Assembly: GCA_964234715.1 (NCBI GenBank)
Contig: OZ174284.1
Source: Podarcis melisellensis
Lineage: Eukaryota
DNA: 64,000 bases
Strand: one strand, 5' to 3'
Position numbers and translations under genes: made by a program. The notes under the pieces are model-generated. The model was not told where the DNA came from. It made no database searches and worked only from the letters and a program-made list of their open reading frames with translations. This document shows positions 13,486-27,609 of this stretch, one piece after another. The stretch's first letter is position 1; each line of letters starts with the position of its first letter.

Positions 13486-14072
13486 AAACCAGACATTCTA
13501 TAATCTTTGAAATATGCCTTATTTGACACTGAAAAGAAACCACCTATTCTTCTACTGTTTCTTGAATTTAAATATAAGGAGAAGTTGGTTATTGGGGGGG
13601 GTGTTGCATTCATGCTTTATAGTTGAAAGTAATAAACTGCATTATATTTGTGGGATGATTTCAGCTTTCTCATGAGTAGAATTCTATTATTGGAATACTC
13701 GCACTGGAGGAAGAGAGGCAATATTTACTAATTCCTCCTTCCTGCAGTTCTCCTTGACCCCTGAAAAGCTGCTCTAAAAGTTTGATTCTCCCCCTTCCCT
13801 CTTTCCAGCAGGAAATCCCTTTGATTTCAGTCCTGTCTGTGAATGGAAGGAACACTGAATCCAATCTGATGTCTTTTAAATGTTTTAAACTACAATAATA
13901 GAATACCATTTTTCAGCATCACCTCCTTCGCAATGCATTGATGCAAGACTATAGGAGTGCAGCCTTCTGGGCAGTGTTAGAAACTCAGATATTTAAGCTA
14001 ATCTCTAAATGGCACTTTAAACCCAGGTTATGATCACCACAATGGAATGTCTAGGCACACCCCGGAGGGAGA

Positions 14073-14077
<5 letters not shown>

Positions 14078-14126
<49 letters not shown>
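14078..14126. repeat. (TAT)n microsatellite
   Basis: Seen directly. Confidence 0.95.
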
Positions 14127-14328
14127 GATTTCATTTCTATACCACTTTATATTTTAAATTAAAAAATCCCAAAGTGGTTTACAGCACATTAAAACATAAA
14201 ATCAAACAATCCAGAATACAAATTCAAGCTTCAGGGGAAATATTTCAGACCCTTCTCCAAGTGACATCATTTTGTTTTCCACATATTTATTTACAGACTT
14301 AATGTATATAGCTGCCCCATAGTACTGT

Positions 14329-14532
14329 AGGAAGCCAGTGTGGTTAGAGTGTCAGACTTGGACCTGGGAGATCAGGGTTCAAATCCCCACTCTGTCATGA
14401 AGCTCACTGGGTGACCTTGGGCCTGTCACAGGCGTGTAGCCTACCTCATAGGGTCATTGTAGGGATTAACTGGGGGGGGGGTGAACCATGTACTCATTGG
14501 AGAAAAATGTGGGATATAAATGTAATAAATAA
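14329..14532 (+). mobile_element. tRNA-derived SINE (Squam3-like)
   Basis: GTGGTTAGAGTG / GGGTTCAAATCCCC boxes, CTGGGTGACCTTGGG body, AATAAATAA tail. Confidence 0.7.
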
Positions 14533-15534
14533 GCTCTTCTGCTTACCAGTTTAAGAAAGCTGGAGAGACAGCCAGATGGAGATGTCAGTCACCAACCTGC
14601 CATCCAGAGATCTCCAAGTGGTCGCAATTGGACCTGCGCCAGTAGCAAAATGCGCCTGGCTAATTTCTAACACTGCTTCTGGAGTAGTGCATATTTTTTA
14701 AATAAAGAGAAAAATATCTTCTCATCATGTTATTTCCAATGAAATAACCATTAGTAGCCACCACAGTCAAGTTGCAGCACATATATTCCTTTCAATGTAG
14801 CATTCTGTTTCAGTGGTTAAAGAAAAGAGACCACAGACTAAAAAGCTTATGGCAACTGATCATAGAACCATTTTCTCATAAGTTTTGGGAGAAGGTTTAA
14901 TTATTGTTTATTATTCCACCCAGTTCAGGAGTAAAAACTAGGAAAATATCTAAGATTGCAATCTTAACTACACTTACTAGGGAGTAAGCTCAATTGAACA
15001 CAGTGGAGCTTACTTCTGGATAAACACAGAGAGGCTTGTGCTATAGTTTCTGCTGTCTTTTGAGGAGGTACTAATTTTGTCAGGGCCTGCACAAGACATT
15101 TTGCTGCTTGAGGCAGAGCAGCAACCCCTCTCCTCAAAAAAATAAAATATTATGGTGCATAATATCGAAGGTCAAACAAGTTATTCTGGCAGTAAAAATG
15201 CAGCAATAATAAAATAATTTTAAAAATTGCTGCCCTTTCAAAACAGCCCAGATCAGCAGCCTAAGCATTGCTAACTCTTAGAAACATTAAGTTCATTTCA
15301 TTGTTATCCCATCCTTCCATGGGGCAAAGTGTGGCATTAACGTCCCCCATTATCCTCCTTCATAATAACCATAGGAGGTAGGTTAGAGAGAATGAACAGA
15401 GATCCCAGATTTCCCTGATTTAGTCCGCCAATCTGACTACTACACCACACTGCCTTTTTAATATCAGGACTTTATAACAAAAAATTATTTCACTTGATAT
15501 GAAATGAGACAAGCTAATCCACATATTAAAAGTA

Positions 15535-15717
15535 CAGTAGTACCTCCGGTTACATAACCCTCTGGTTACGTAAACTCCAGGATGCAAAAGCGGCAAACCC
15601 GGAAGTATTTGACCGGGTTTCGCCATGCATGCGCAGAAGCGATGCTCAGGTTGCGGAAACCTCGGGATCCAACCGGACCTCTGGAACAGATCCTATCTGC
15701 AACCGGAGGTACCACTG
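15535..15717. mobile_element. Tc1/mariner (Tigger-like) MITE
   Basis: TIRs CAGTAGTACCTCCGGTT / AACCGGAGGTACCACTG, flanked by TA on both sides. Confidence 0.85.
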
Positions 15718-15979
15718 TATTGGCTTTATTATTTTCCAATTAATCTGTTCCACTACCACCACACCCCCTATCCTACATTTTCCTTACCTAAATGACCACT
15801 TGATTCATGTTTGTCTTCCCTACCATAGCTAGAGAAGGGGGGGGGAATCCAGGACCACATTATTATATACTAGATTTACAGTATATCCCACCCTTCTTCC
15901 AGTGAACTAAAGTTGGTGTATATTATTTTCCCTCCCCTTCACTGATATATCTCCACAACAACCCTCTAAAGTAGTTCTA

Positions 15980-16112
15980 GTTACAGGTAGGTAGCCGTGT
16001 TGGTCTGCCGTAGTCGAAACAAAAACAAAAAATTCCTTCCAGTAGCACCTTAGAGACCAACTAAGTTTGTTATTGGTATGAGCTTTCGTGTGCATGCACG
16101 CTTCTTCAGATA
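15980..16112. mobile_element. Penelope-like repeat fragment inserted in an antisense SINE
   Basis: GTAGCCGTGTTGGTCTG...GCACCTTAGAGACCAAC...AGCTTTCGTG...TTCTTCAGATAC; flanked by 12-bp direct repeat CCTCTAAAGTAG; family assignment from memory. Confidence 0.6.
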
Positions 16113-19100
16113 CCTCTAAAGTAGGTTAGGCTGAGTGATAACTTAAAAAAGAAGTAAGTGTCAAGTTCCAGACTGTATGGGAGGGACCCACAACTTAAAA
16201 CGGAGACTTCAATCTCACCTCATACCCAGCAATGCACATGGTGCTAGGGAGAGCAGAGGTACTTCTGCTTCCTTGTGATGTATTGTTTTCTTCCTCCTCC
16301 TGTTGTTCCCTTTCTTCTATAAAACTGGCAGGAGGAGGAAAAGCAGCGCACAGGAAAGTGATGATGATGGCAGAGTTCACGGGATCCCAACCAGTCTGCC
16401 ACTTGTAAAGCTGCCCCCTATTGTGCCACCTGAGTGGCTTGCTTCAATGTGCCTCATTATAGAGTTGGCTCTAATTTTTGTACCGTCACAGTACATGGGA
16501 TGCTAACAGAGTAAGAAACAAAAAGTTAAGTCTCTGTACTGAGGAACTTACAATTTGAAATTTTAGATTTGGGCTGCCAGGGGATGAAGATTGGAAAAGA
16601 GATTAATCAAAAGAATATGTGCCTAGTTAAGTTAGACTTCACTTTAGTGAGGAGTATACCCAGCAATAATTTCATGGAAAAATTGGTTTTCCCAATTAAA
16701 ACAGCTCCATACATTAATTATTCAGAATTTTAAAAGGTGGCATTATGAATGTATTTGTATCAGTACTTTCCATTGTGCAAGCAATACTTGGAAGTTGTAG
16801 ATTTCCTGGCCTGGGCCTTGGTCACCTTAAATGCGGAGAGATTGACTGTTACAGTTCTTAGGAGTTTGTTTGCTTCCAAATCTCAAACTAGATTAGTTTT
16901 TGTCCCTGGATCTGAATTTCCAGGGCACAGGGGAGGCTTTAAAGAGGGTTCAAACTTCATTTTAAAAAATGGAAGCAGAATGATGCAGATTAAATTTTAT
17001 TTTGTGTTGCTCCCCCCCCCTTAAGAATTACTGTTTCCAAAAAAAGGCACCTAAAAAAAGAAAAAAATAGCAGGACTGGAATGGAGACTGCTACAAAGAA
17101 TGGACTGGGAGTAGGGGAAAGCCATAGAAAAGTGAGTTGGGTAAAAGGGACAGGGAAGGCTTTCCCACTGGCCTCCAGTAGTTCTGCATTGCTTGATATT
17201 CAAACTTAAAGATACAAACATGCATTCAGTGCCTCTAATACCTACTAATCATCTTCATCATCTTCTTCTTTTACTTCCAAATGAAAGTTAGAATTCTAAG
17301 GATGTCAAATTCTACCTTGCAAGGTAAGCAGATATGAAGTAGGCTATATACACCCTAAACTGGACTGCTCTGGCAGGTCCTCCGCCTTTCTGCTTTGAAA
17401 ACAAATGCTTGTTATTTCTAAACTTAGACAGCTGTTACTGCTTTAAATACCCTGTGTTCTAGAAGTAGAATAGAGCTTAATTGTAGGGAGGTACGATAGG
17501 TGCTTTTACTATTTTGAAAAAGTGATTTTTCTTTGTATTTTGATTGCTCCGTGGAACCCACAGACTTGTGAAGGCCAGATAGAACTACATTTTTCCGAAT
17601 GTCAGCAGACATATTCTAACTCTTTATAGGTTGACATAAAAAGCTGAGTAGGATATGCTGTAGAGTCCCATTACTTTAGTCAGAGTCATTGGCTCTTCTT
17701 GCAGTACATGCTAACAATTACAATATGCTTTTTAAAATATATATATATTAAAGAATATGCCTGTTTCTTCTCCATCTCTCCACTTCCCTTCCTTGTTTCT
17801 TTTATTCTGTTCTAGAAAGGGGCTAGAGACTATGTAGGAGCCAACATTTTCTTTAGATAGAACTGTTGGCAAAGCACAATTCTATTCAGGTGCAGGAGGG
17901 CATGCTGAGCATTGTCTATTACAGTCACTTTGAGCTAAGTAAAGATAGATATGGATATAGGTGTGGGAAATCGACTGAAGGAGCCAACCATCTGGCTTAA
18001 AATACTGGTCCAGGCTCTTACTGTACACTACCATAACACCTTGCAACGTAAGATGGGGGTCTCCAGGTGTTGTTGAACTACACTTCCCATTATTTCTGGT
18101 CAGTGGGTGTGCTGATGAGAGCTGATGGGAGTTGGGAGACCAACAGCATCTGGAGTGCCATAGGTTCCTAACCCTTGACCTAAGGAAACTGCTGGCCTGA
18201 ATTGCTGTACTAAAGCAATACTACTGCAGATTGCTAGATAACATTATTGCAGCTTCCAGCCCACCTGAGTCTTGCTGATATGAGGAGCCAGTAGATTCTT
18301 ATCTGACCTCATAAAGCTGCTGACCTTGGTCTGATTCTTCAATTAGAGATTGTAGGCCAATTCTCTGCTGAAACACCTGCCTACCTCTAGACTCCTAGCC
18401 CTAACATTTGGCTATAGTGTGAACTTGAGATTTTAGTATCTTATACCAAAACCACAAAAGAAGTATCAAAAAAGCAAAGCAGAACAGAATTGTATAACTG
18501 TTACCCTGAAATGTCATCAAAGCAGCCTTAAGTCTGGCACTATATGAGGTAATAAAACAAATTTGCAAAATAAACCGGATTCCTGTTTAACAGATGTGAG
18601 AAATTGAGAATAAGACTATAAATAAATTACCCACGATCCATCATTTTAATATTTTTGAATTAATAATTAATATTTTGTGAAGGAAAAAGTTGAAAATAAA
18701 GTGTATACTTTTATGCAAATATTTTTATTTCATCATTTGAAGTTCTCAAAGGAAGATCAAGAACTTCCAGTGGATGGATGCAGATCAGGATAAATGCTGC
18801 AGGTTCTGTAAATAAGTTGCACTCTGTTTCTAAAGCTTTTGTTCTTTACTGTGTGCAATCAAGTTCATTTATGTTGTGTAGGAGTCAATAGGTGAGATCC
18901 AACTAAACTACACATGGAGTAGATCTGTTTAAATCAATGGATTTTACTCATGTTCATTTGTTTCAATGAGTCTGCATTGAGAATGGTGTAGTTGGATACC
19001 ACCCAACAAGGGTTTCAGATTCTCTCTTCATCAGCACAACTGTTCAATGAAGAGGATAAGATTGCATTTAAAGATAATATAATGGGATTTATTCAGTTGC

Positions 19101-20660
19101 CCATAGTTCTCATTTTTGAATTCAGGGATTTCAGAATAGTGTGTTTTGTTTTAGGAAACTGTGTTGCTTTGGAAATTTATCCCTGGGTTTAGCAATGGTG
19201 GACAAGCATCCCCAGATGAATGCTGCAGTTCATATTCACAGGGGAGTGCTGGTGTGCCCTCTCCTGAAGCTTTCCTTGTTTGAAAACATGGTTTCACATG
19301 ATATCCAAACCAGGAAGAGACTGTTGTTTAAGTGCTACTGCCAACCAGGATATTCCTTCCTGAAGACTTCACAGCCTAAACAGACAAGATATAAGGGGGC
19401 GGATTAGGTAGAATATAAGAATAGTGGAAATTAAGAGAAGGGGAAAGGGCTAACCTGGAAGGTGAAAGCAGCTTGATAAAGAAGTCCTAATCTGTTCTGC
19501 TCTCTATCCTCCATTTCCCTTTTCAAATTGCTGTGGAGAGTCTATGCATTCAGACATATAATCTTGACCATGGTTTATGTTATCAGGAATGACCTGAGGC
19601 ATTCCTCTGGCTCATGTTCCTTCTCCTCTCCACATAAGGAGAGTTAAAGCATCTGCATCATGCAACTTGGGGAACTATGATTTAACCAAAGTTAGTTTAA
19701 ACTTTAAAGGGTAAAACTGGTTTCAGATTCTTTTTGTGTTAACCAATTTAGGTTAAATCAAACCACAGTTGTCAAGAGATTGTACTGTTTTGCATTCAAG
19801 GGAGGAAGTTGGGGCAAGAGAGAGTGCAAGTTAAGATTCCTGCAATTCATTCCAAATCACCTACACCAGGCCATTTCCCTTCCTCCAAACCATAGAGTTT
19901 GTATTCTTGCCACATCCCACTTCACCATATCATTTCAGTTTAGTGGATATTTTCCTTTATTCCAACAGCACTTTGCCGTTACATCTGAACCAGCAATCCT
20001 TTGAGCGAGCCTTCTAAAGCATGATTGCAAACCATAGTTTGATTATTTTGGTTCTATTTTAGTTGAACAAACATCCAGTTACTTACTTTATGGGGACTCA
20101 TTTAATAATCCCGTTTGAGGACTGTTAGTGCAGGAAAATAGTTATGTTGATATTGTATGCAACTTTCCTGTAAATAATGAAGACAACTGGGTTTGTCGGC
20201 CAAGGGTGGTTCTTCTGTTTGTTCATTCAACATATTGTAGCATATTGCTGGGTAAAGCTTAATTCAGCAAAGGTCAATCTGACTCGCAACCAGGTATGTC
20301 CTTTTGGGTTGATAAAAGTGCTAAAAGTGCTAAAAGTGAGCTTTTATAAAATACTTTCTGAGTATCCAGAACAATTAACATACACTATCTCAGTAATCAC
20401 AAATGTTCTATAATGCAGGCAGCCATCACAGTTGGGGGCTTGGGAGATAGTAGTTTGCTGTAGGCCATCTTGTGAGTTTGTGAGTGAAGTAAGATTTAAT
20501 CTAGGAACATCCAGGTTTGTAACTCAAACTCTTAGCCATTGTACTATCTATACTAGCTACTTCATAGATATATAGGTGCTATTAATGGAGTGGGCTCAAT
20601 GTTAGACAGTTTTAGAAATACATTGAGGCTAGGTCAGAATAGGCTTGCATACCTGTACAC

Positions 20661-20868
20661 TAGGGCTGGGCGATACACTGGTTTGAAGTCCATATCATTT
20701 TATCTGTTTAATAAGTTTTGACCTGGCAATATGTCGCAAATCATGGTGGGTGTGCTACACAAAAATCGCAATGCGGGGGAAACCGTGAAGCCAGCCAGTG
20801 CCTCCTCAGACATCACAATATTTCTGTGATATATCACAATGTTGAAAAACAGATATCGTCCAGCCCTA
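20661..20868. mobile_element. hAT-type MITE (TAGGG ends)
   Basis: TIRs TAGGGCTGGGCGATA / TATCGTCCAGCCCTA; degenerate 8-bp TSD CTGTACAC / CTGAATAC. Confidence 0.8.
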
Positions 20869-21801
20869 CTGAATACTTGGAATACCATGTTTCAAGTGTG
20901 TTCTCCATTATGAAGTTTGAACCTCCATGCAGTGAATATAGCTTGAAATTTTGGTACCTGAGACTTACCTTACTATCGCTATAGTCTGTTTTGATAATTG
21001 GATTTCTGTGTCCAGTGTTAACCATAGCTTTTGAAATATCACAGCGATATGAACTCCTAATGGTGTTAGGAGTAGAATTTCATGTTTATTTTTATGGCAT
21101 ATGAAGCTGTTGGTTGCTACATCTAGGACAGTGCCTACAGAAGATGTAATGAATATTGCATCTTCAGTATCTTCTTAGTGTAGAGGGCCATACCAGGTGG
21201 CACTGACCTGTGGAAAGCTGTCACTGGAGATTCACAACATCTTTCTTCTCTTGCAAATCTTCCTTTTGCACTTTTCCTTCTCTGAACTAGGAAAATGGAT
21301 AGGGTGTAAGACCTCATGCCAAAGTTATGTTTCTGGCATGGGATGAGGGAAAGATAGGAAGTGGAGATTATTGGACTTTTGACTAACAGTGGCTCTGCAG
21401 CCACTTATTGCCTCCAGATGGCATAACTTTTTCATATTTGATGCCTCTCTCCTTCCTTCCATATCCTGCACTGCATGATATAAAGAGGCCTGTGTCTGCT
21501 GCCTTGGTTCATTGCCTCATACTACCTCTATAGTACTGGTCCATCAGCAAATTTAGTTCCACACCCATATTTTAGTATGGTGCTATGCTGTAAATATCGA
21601 TATAATTCACTATTTCCTTGTTAAAAGTTTTTGAGGTGACTGTGACTGAATTAAGAGATTAAAACAATGATTGTTACTAATGTAGTTAAGTGAGCTAGTT
21701 TTAACTTTTAGAGCTGTTTGACATTAACATCATGGTTATGAGATGCCTATTGCTTTCAGGTAATAAAGATGATTTACTACAGTTGGTTGAACAGCTTCAT
21801 C

Positions 21802-21925
21802 CAGACAATAGTAATGAATGGATCAGCATCAAACTGGAAAGAGGTATCAAGTGGGATTCCACAGGGATCAGTTCTGAATGCAGTGCAGGTCGTCTTCATT
21901 AATGGCTTAGACGACTGAGTGGACC
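21802..21925 (+). mobile_element. CR1 LINE reverse-transcriptase fragment
   Basis: Translates QTIVMNGSASNWKEVSSGIPQGSVL...FINGLD, matching the CR1 RT motif SGVPQGSVLGP..FINDL. Confidence 0.8.
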
Positions 21926-23922
21926 ACAACTCTTAGCAAATAGGTTGGAAATATTTTAGAATATTCTACAATGGCCTTGATAAATTGGATAGCTTGCTAA
22001 CAATAACATTTAGACTACACTTACATGAAAATTGTATATGGGATTTAATAATAGGGACTAACGTGTTTCTCATGTTCCCGGGTTCATTTGATGTGGCTCA
22101 AAATTTGGTGTTCTAAAAGTCTTGGCAAGAAAAATTCAAACCCACCAGCTTTTTATTTTCCTCTGGCTAGAGGTTCTGATGAACGCAGCTAGCCTATTGG
22201 CAGGGCTTTGTTGTTGTTTAAATTGAGTTCTGAAAAAATATTTGATGAATACTAAGAAAATTGTGTGTACTCTCACTAGTACTGTCTTACAGTTTACCAA
22301 TGGAGAAAAGTTCCCTGTCAAACTCCACTGTAAACACATTGGTACATGAAGGCAGGATTTTTGAGGCCTGCAAGTCTGTGTTAACATAACTTGTTACATT
22401 TGATGTGTTAAACTTTAAGATCGGTATTAGTTTTAGCAACACTGGGATGACAGGATCTCTGTGAATGTAATGACATTTCTTAGGAAGCTGTATATATAAA
22501 GATTCTGTTTTAAGTGACATCACTCAGCTTACTTTAAATATATATATCTTGCCCATCCTGTGTCTCTCTTGTAGATCTGCTTGCAGTTAGCAACAGCCTT
22601 TTTTGAAGGATCTGTGAGGCTTTTGTATCTCCCACCACAAAAAAGTCAATATCTTCCAGTTAGCTTTATTGGTTGTTAAAAGTCATTACAGCCAAACAAG
22701 ATCCTAGCCATAATTACAGTACCCTTACATTTCATATTGTGCACCATAAAAGAAAGAAACAAACAAAAAAGCACAGGTTTACATCTTTAGTGGAGTACTA
22801 CAATTTTTTTAAAAAAAGCAGGGAGCCATTTAAAACATGAGCTTTAAAGCCAGAACAGTGTTGTAATAGATGCACGCTTCTGAAATAACTAGTGTCTCCT
22901 CCTCTTCAGATCAAGATTTTCTCTGCTTAGAAAACCAACCTTTTCTGCATTTTTTTTCTGGCAAGATGTGTCAGTTTCATTCCTGCTGAGGCAGTCAGAA
23001 CAGATGGTAAGCAATGAAATAGTTCAGACACACAAGAGGTTTGCTTATCGAACCTATTCCATATATATTTTACAACTAGGGAAAGTTTCTAAGCTGGGAG
23101 ATTGGGTACAGTGACTTAAAATTTGTAATTCCACACTTGTTTACAGCACCATTGGTTGAGCAATACCTTTCTCTGAGATTTGGTGAAATACCACTTGTGA
23201 ATGGGTACCTTGCTTTACAAAAGGTCAAATTACAGAGGAGGAAAAGGTTACAGAAATAAAAACACTAGACCCAAATGATATTCAGCGTGCACAGTTAATG
23301 TGCTACAGCTCTAGCTACCTTACTGAAGAGAACTGTAACAGATACTGTCTCTTGTAGCTAAATTTTAAAAAAGGGAGAACAACTATGTCAACAGCTCAAG
23401 TTGTAAAGGTTTAGAAAAGGAGTGCTATACTTTGTGATTCAGGCAGCATTTGGCGGCAGTAGATGAACACAAGTTGTTTTCAGGCTCCTAAAAACAGCTG
23501 CTTTGTTTTACACAGGAAACTGCCTGTGGCATGAATGTATATTAAATATAATGAAGTGAGCATGCGTGCATTCAAACACACACCCCTTAACTTTTTAATG
23601 TAAATAGTGAATCATGCACATACATATCCATCCTGTTGAGCTACAAATGATACTGCATGTGGGGCTAGAAATGCAGATTAGGTTTTTAAGATCTTCAATA
23701 ACATTTTCCATCCTTCATCAAATCATCAGCAATATATATTACATTTAACTGAAATATAACTAACTGTTGATTCAAAACAGCGTAAGAAACAGGAACTTGA
23801 ATATGAGGAAAATGGTTTGAAGAGTTCTCTGTAGGGAATCTCTAAGTGGCTTTTATATTGGAAAAAGTCTTTAGTGTGCCTGTATTGGGGTGGATAGCTT
23901 GACTTCAGTTAACCATTTAGAC

Positions 23923-24159
23923 CAGGGGTCGGCAAGGTTTACCTTGGCCTGGGCCGGTTCACTCCAGCGGAGATCCTTCTGTGGGCCAGATTGCACGCCT
24001 GCGCCCACGATTTCTGGCGTCTGTGCAGATGTGATTTCCAGTGCCGTGGAAGCAAGTCCCTGCGCCAATTTAGCACAGGAACTTGCCGAGCGCGTGGCTC
24101 AGTTCAGGGGTGGCTCGTGGGCCGCTTGTAGCCCATGGGCCTTAGGTTGCCTACCCCTG
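23923..24159. mobile_element. hAT-type MITE
   Basis: TIRs CAGGGGTCGGCAA / TTGCCTACCCCTG; perfect 8-bp TSD ATTTAGAC. Confidence 0.88.
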
Positions 24160-24841
24160 ATTTAGACTGCAGTTCTGTACATGCTTATCTGGGAGTGGAG
24201 TAGAGTAGATAGCTCCATTTTGAGTTCTTATTTTTTTCTGCAGTCACTATAAGTTTGCCACATTCCACATCGTTTGTCAATTTTTTTCAAAAAAGAAAGG
24301 TCCTGCCAAAAAATTCATCAGCATATTAATTCACTTTTCTCCTAATATACAGTTCTTTCCTACAATTTCCCCTATATCTAATATGTACATTTTTGCACAC
24401 ATTATTTGGTTAGAAAACTGCATCACAAAATTAAGAGACGTACAAATTTGGAAGGATAGCTGCATTTTGGTTTGCACATTGTTTTCAGAGATGTGAATTA
24501 GCAGGTTCACATTAAAATTGGAACTGACCTTCTCCATTCCTGCTTGGGATTTAGCTCCACTGAATTCAGTGAGACTGTACTTCTGTGTAGATATGTATAG
24601 AATTGCACTATTTCTTGACAGTATTAAATCAATGATAACCTTTAATGCAGAGACTGGAAATCTAGGCACTGATATCATCACCCAGTTTCAGCATGTGGGC
24701 TGGGAAAAGATATTTGGTCTGTAGACTGAAGAAACCGGCAATGACAGAATCAAAAGTAGCACAAGAAACTGCTCTCCACTTCCTCTGCTGCTGTTGGGAC
24801 AGACGGAGGAGAGAAAGTGACTGCAGAAAACTTGATGTGGA

Positions 24842-25584
24842 CCAGGGTTTCCCAAAATTGGGTTTCCAATTGTTTTTGGACTACATCTCCCATCATTCTG
24901 AGTCTAGGGCAGTTGTCTACCATCTCCATCTGGTATGTTGGCTAAGACCCTGCCTGCCCGTTGCCAGAGTGGTACATGCTCTGGTTATCTCCCTCTTGGA
25001 CTACTGCAATGCGCTCTACGTGGGGCTACCTTTGAAGGGACTCGGAAACTACAACTAATCCAGAATGCGGCAGCTAGACTGGGAGCATCTGTTGGGACCA
25101 TTTTACACTGGTCCTAAAGGCTCCCAGTAAGTTTCCGAGCACAGTTCAGAGGGTTGGTGCTGACCTTTAAAGCCCTAAATAGCTTTTGCACTCCTGAAGG
25201 AGTGTCTTCATTCCCATCATTCAGCCTGGACACTTAAGATCCTGTTCCAAGGGCCTTCTGGTGGTTTCCTCACTTGGAAGTTACAGTGAGCCAGGCAGAG
25301 GACCTTCTCAGTAGTCGCACCCACCCTGTGGAACGCCCTCCCATCAGATGTCAAAGAAATAAGCAACGATCTGACTTTTAGAAGACATCTGAAGGCAGTC
25401 CTCTATAGGGAAGTTTTTAATGTTTGATGTCTTACTGTGTTTTAATTTGTTGGAAGCCACCCAAATTATCTGGGCAACCCAGACTGATGGGCAGCATATA
25501 AATAATAAATTATTGTTAATTATCATCAGGGATGGTGGAAATTGTAGTCCAAAACCAGCTGGAGACCCAAGTTTGGGAAACTGG
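24842..25584. mobile_element. hAT-like MITE split by an L2 insertion
   Basis: Left arm CCAGGGTTTCCCAAA..GGACTACATCTCCCATCAT (24842-24896) and right arm GATGGTGGAAATTGTAGTCC..TTTGGGAAACTGG (~25528-25584) are inverted complements. Confidence 0.7.
24900..25515 (+). mobile_element. L2 LINE 3' end
   Basis: Translates VHALVISLLDYCNALYVGLPLK / RKLQLIQNAAARL (L2 ORF2 C-terminus), followed by a 3' tail. Confidence 0.85.
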
Positions 25585-26080
25585 TATCGACTTTCAGTTG
25601 GTCACCCTTCGTTTCAAAATTGGCATGTAGAGCCTTCATTTTAAATTATCTTAATGTTCTTTATTTTTGCTACATTTATTTGCTAAAGGAATCTCTATTC
25701 CTGTTTAATGTGAGTAACCATTAAAGCACAATTAAATCCTTAATACAGATGTTTGCACATAAACATGCACATTTATAAATGAAGGCTGCATGCATTTGTT
25801 GAGGGCATATAGTAATGATGCAGTTACTAACTTAATCAGTTTACTTTCAGCAGAAATGGATAGAATTAATAAGTAACGTGTAAGAAAGTAATTGAAATAG
25901 ATTTTACCCTTTTCTAGGATTGACATCTGAGTAAATGTGCTTAGAGACTGTGCTTATTGAGACTGTTCAGTCTCCAATAATTTAATGTTCATACTGAAAT
26001 TTTTAAAAAGGTAAGCTCTTTTAACTCATACATTTGAAATAAAAATTAAAAGTTTCTCTTTTTCTCTTTTGGTTAAACAG

Positions 26081-26266
<186 letters not shown>

Positions 26267-27095
26267 TAAGTATTGTGGCACAACAGCAAATTTGCAGAAT
26301 TGGTTCTGTCTTACATTTCATTTTATACATCTCTGCAGTGTTGCTGAGTTTCAGTTGGTTCACTTCTGGGCATAATAAACAGAATCAAAGTTTGTTGAAC
26401 TCTACCTGAAATAGATGTAAATGTTACAGTTCTTAGCTTATAGTTTTCCTTCTTAAAAGTCTTGACTTCACTTACATTTCAGTATGTATTGGAGGCCATT
26501 CGGTTATGTTATGACAAAATTGCTATTTTTAAAGCTTTGGCAATATTTTTTTTTCATATATAGTGTTCATTCATTTCTACTTTAGCATCTAGGGTGATTC
26601 TTAAATTAACATTTATTAACAATTCTCACAGTGAAACTCCATAACACCCCCCCCCTTGCTCTGAGCTATTCAGTTTGGGATGAAATCAGAATACTTATAC
26701 ATAACTTGTGCTTATAATAGAAAATAAAGTAATCAGGAGCACCTTCCTTCAAGGTCTATCTTTATGGTTCCTTAGTACAACCTGTAAAATACATCCTTTC
26801 AGGATACGGTACTGGCAACACAGGAAGCCTGTGGTGCTGTGCTTATTCTGCCACTAGATGTCATAATTTATTGGGGTTTCAGATACTGCTAACAGCATAT
26901 GGGCAGACTCCTACGCTGCATATGTGTTCTTAGAAACAATAAGAATTATTGATACTTGTCTACTCCTGCCTTGTAATCCTTTTTTGTGCTTCTTTGTTTT
27001 ACAACATTGTTGTCAGTGTTGTTCAAATGGATAGTATTCGCTTTATAGCGCACACCCATACCACTACAGAAAATTTACATTAGTATTGTTACTGA

Positions 27096-27359
<264 letters not shown>

Positions 27360-27609
27360 TAAAAGTATTTCTTCAAGGTTCTTTCCAATAAAGAGAACTT
27401 TAAATGTGCCTTGTTTGGTTGATTTTCCGGCTTATTGTGGGACGTCCTCCACTAAAGCAGCCAAAATCATGACACTTATATGGTAGAGCGGTTCTGATAC
27501 TAGAAGTCTTGTATTCACTCTTTATTACTGTCTCTCTCTTTTTTAAAAAAACAAAGTGGGTTGCATCCAGACCTAAACTTTCACGAATGGAATGCCAAGA
27601 TGAGCCTAT

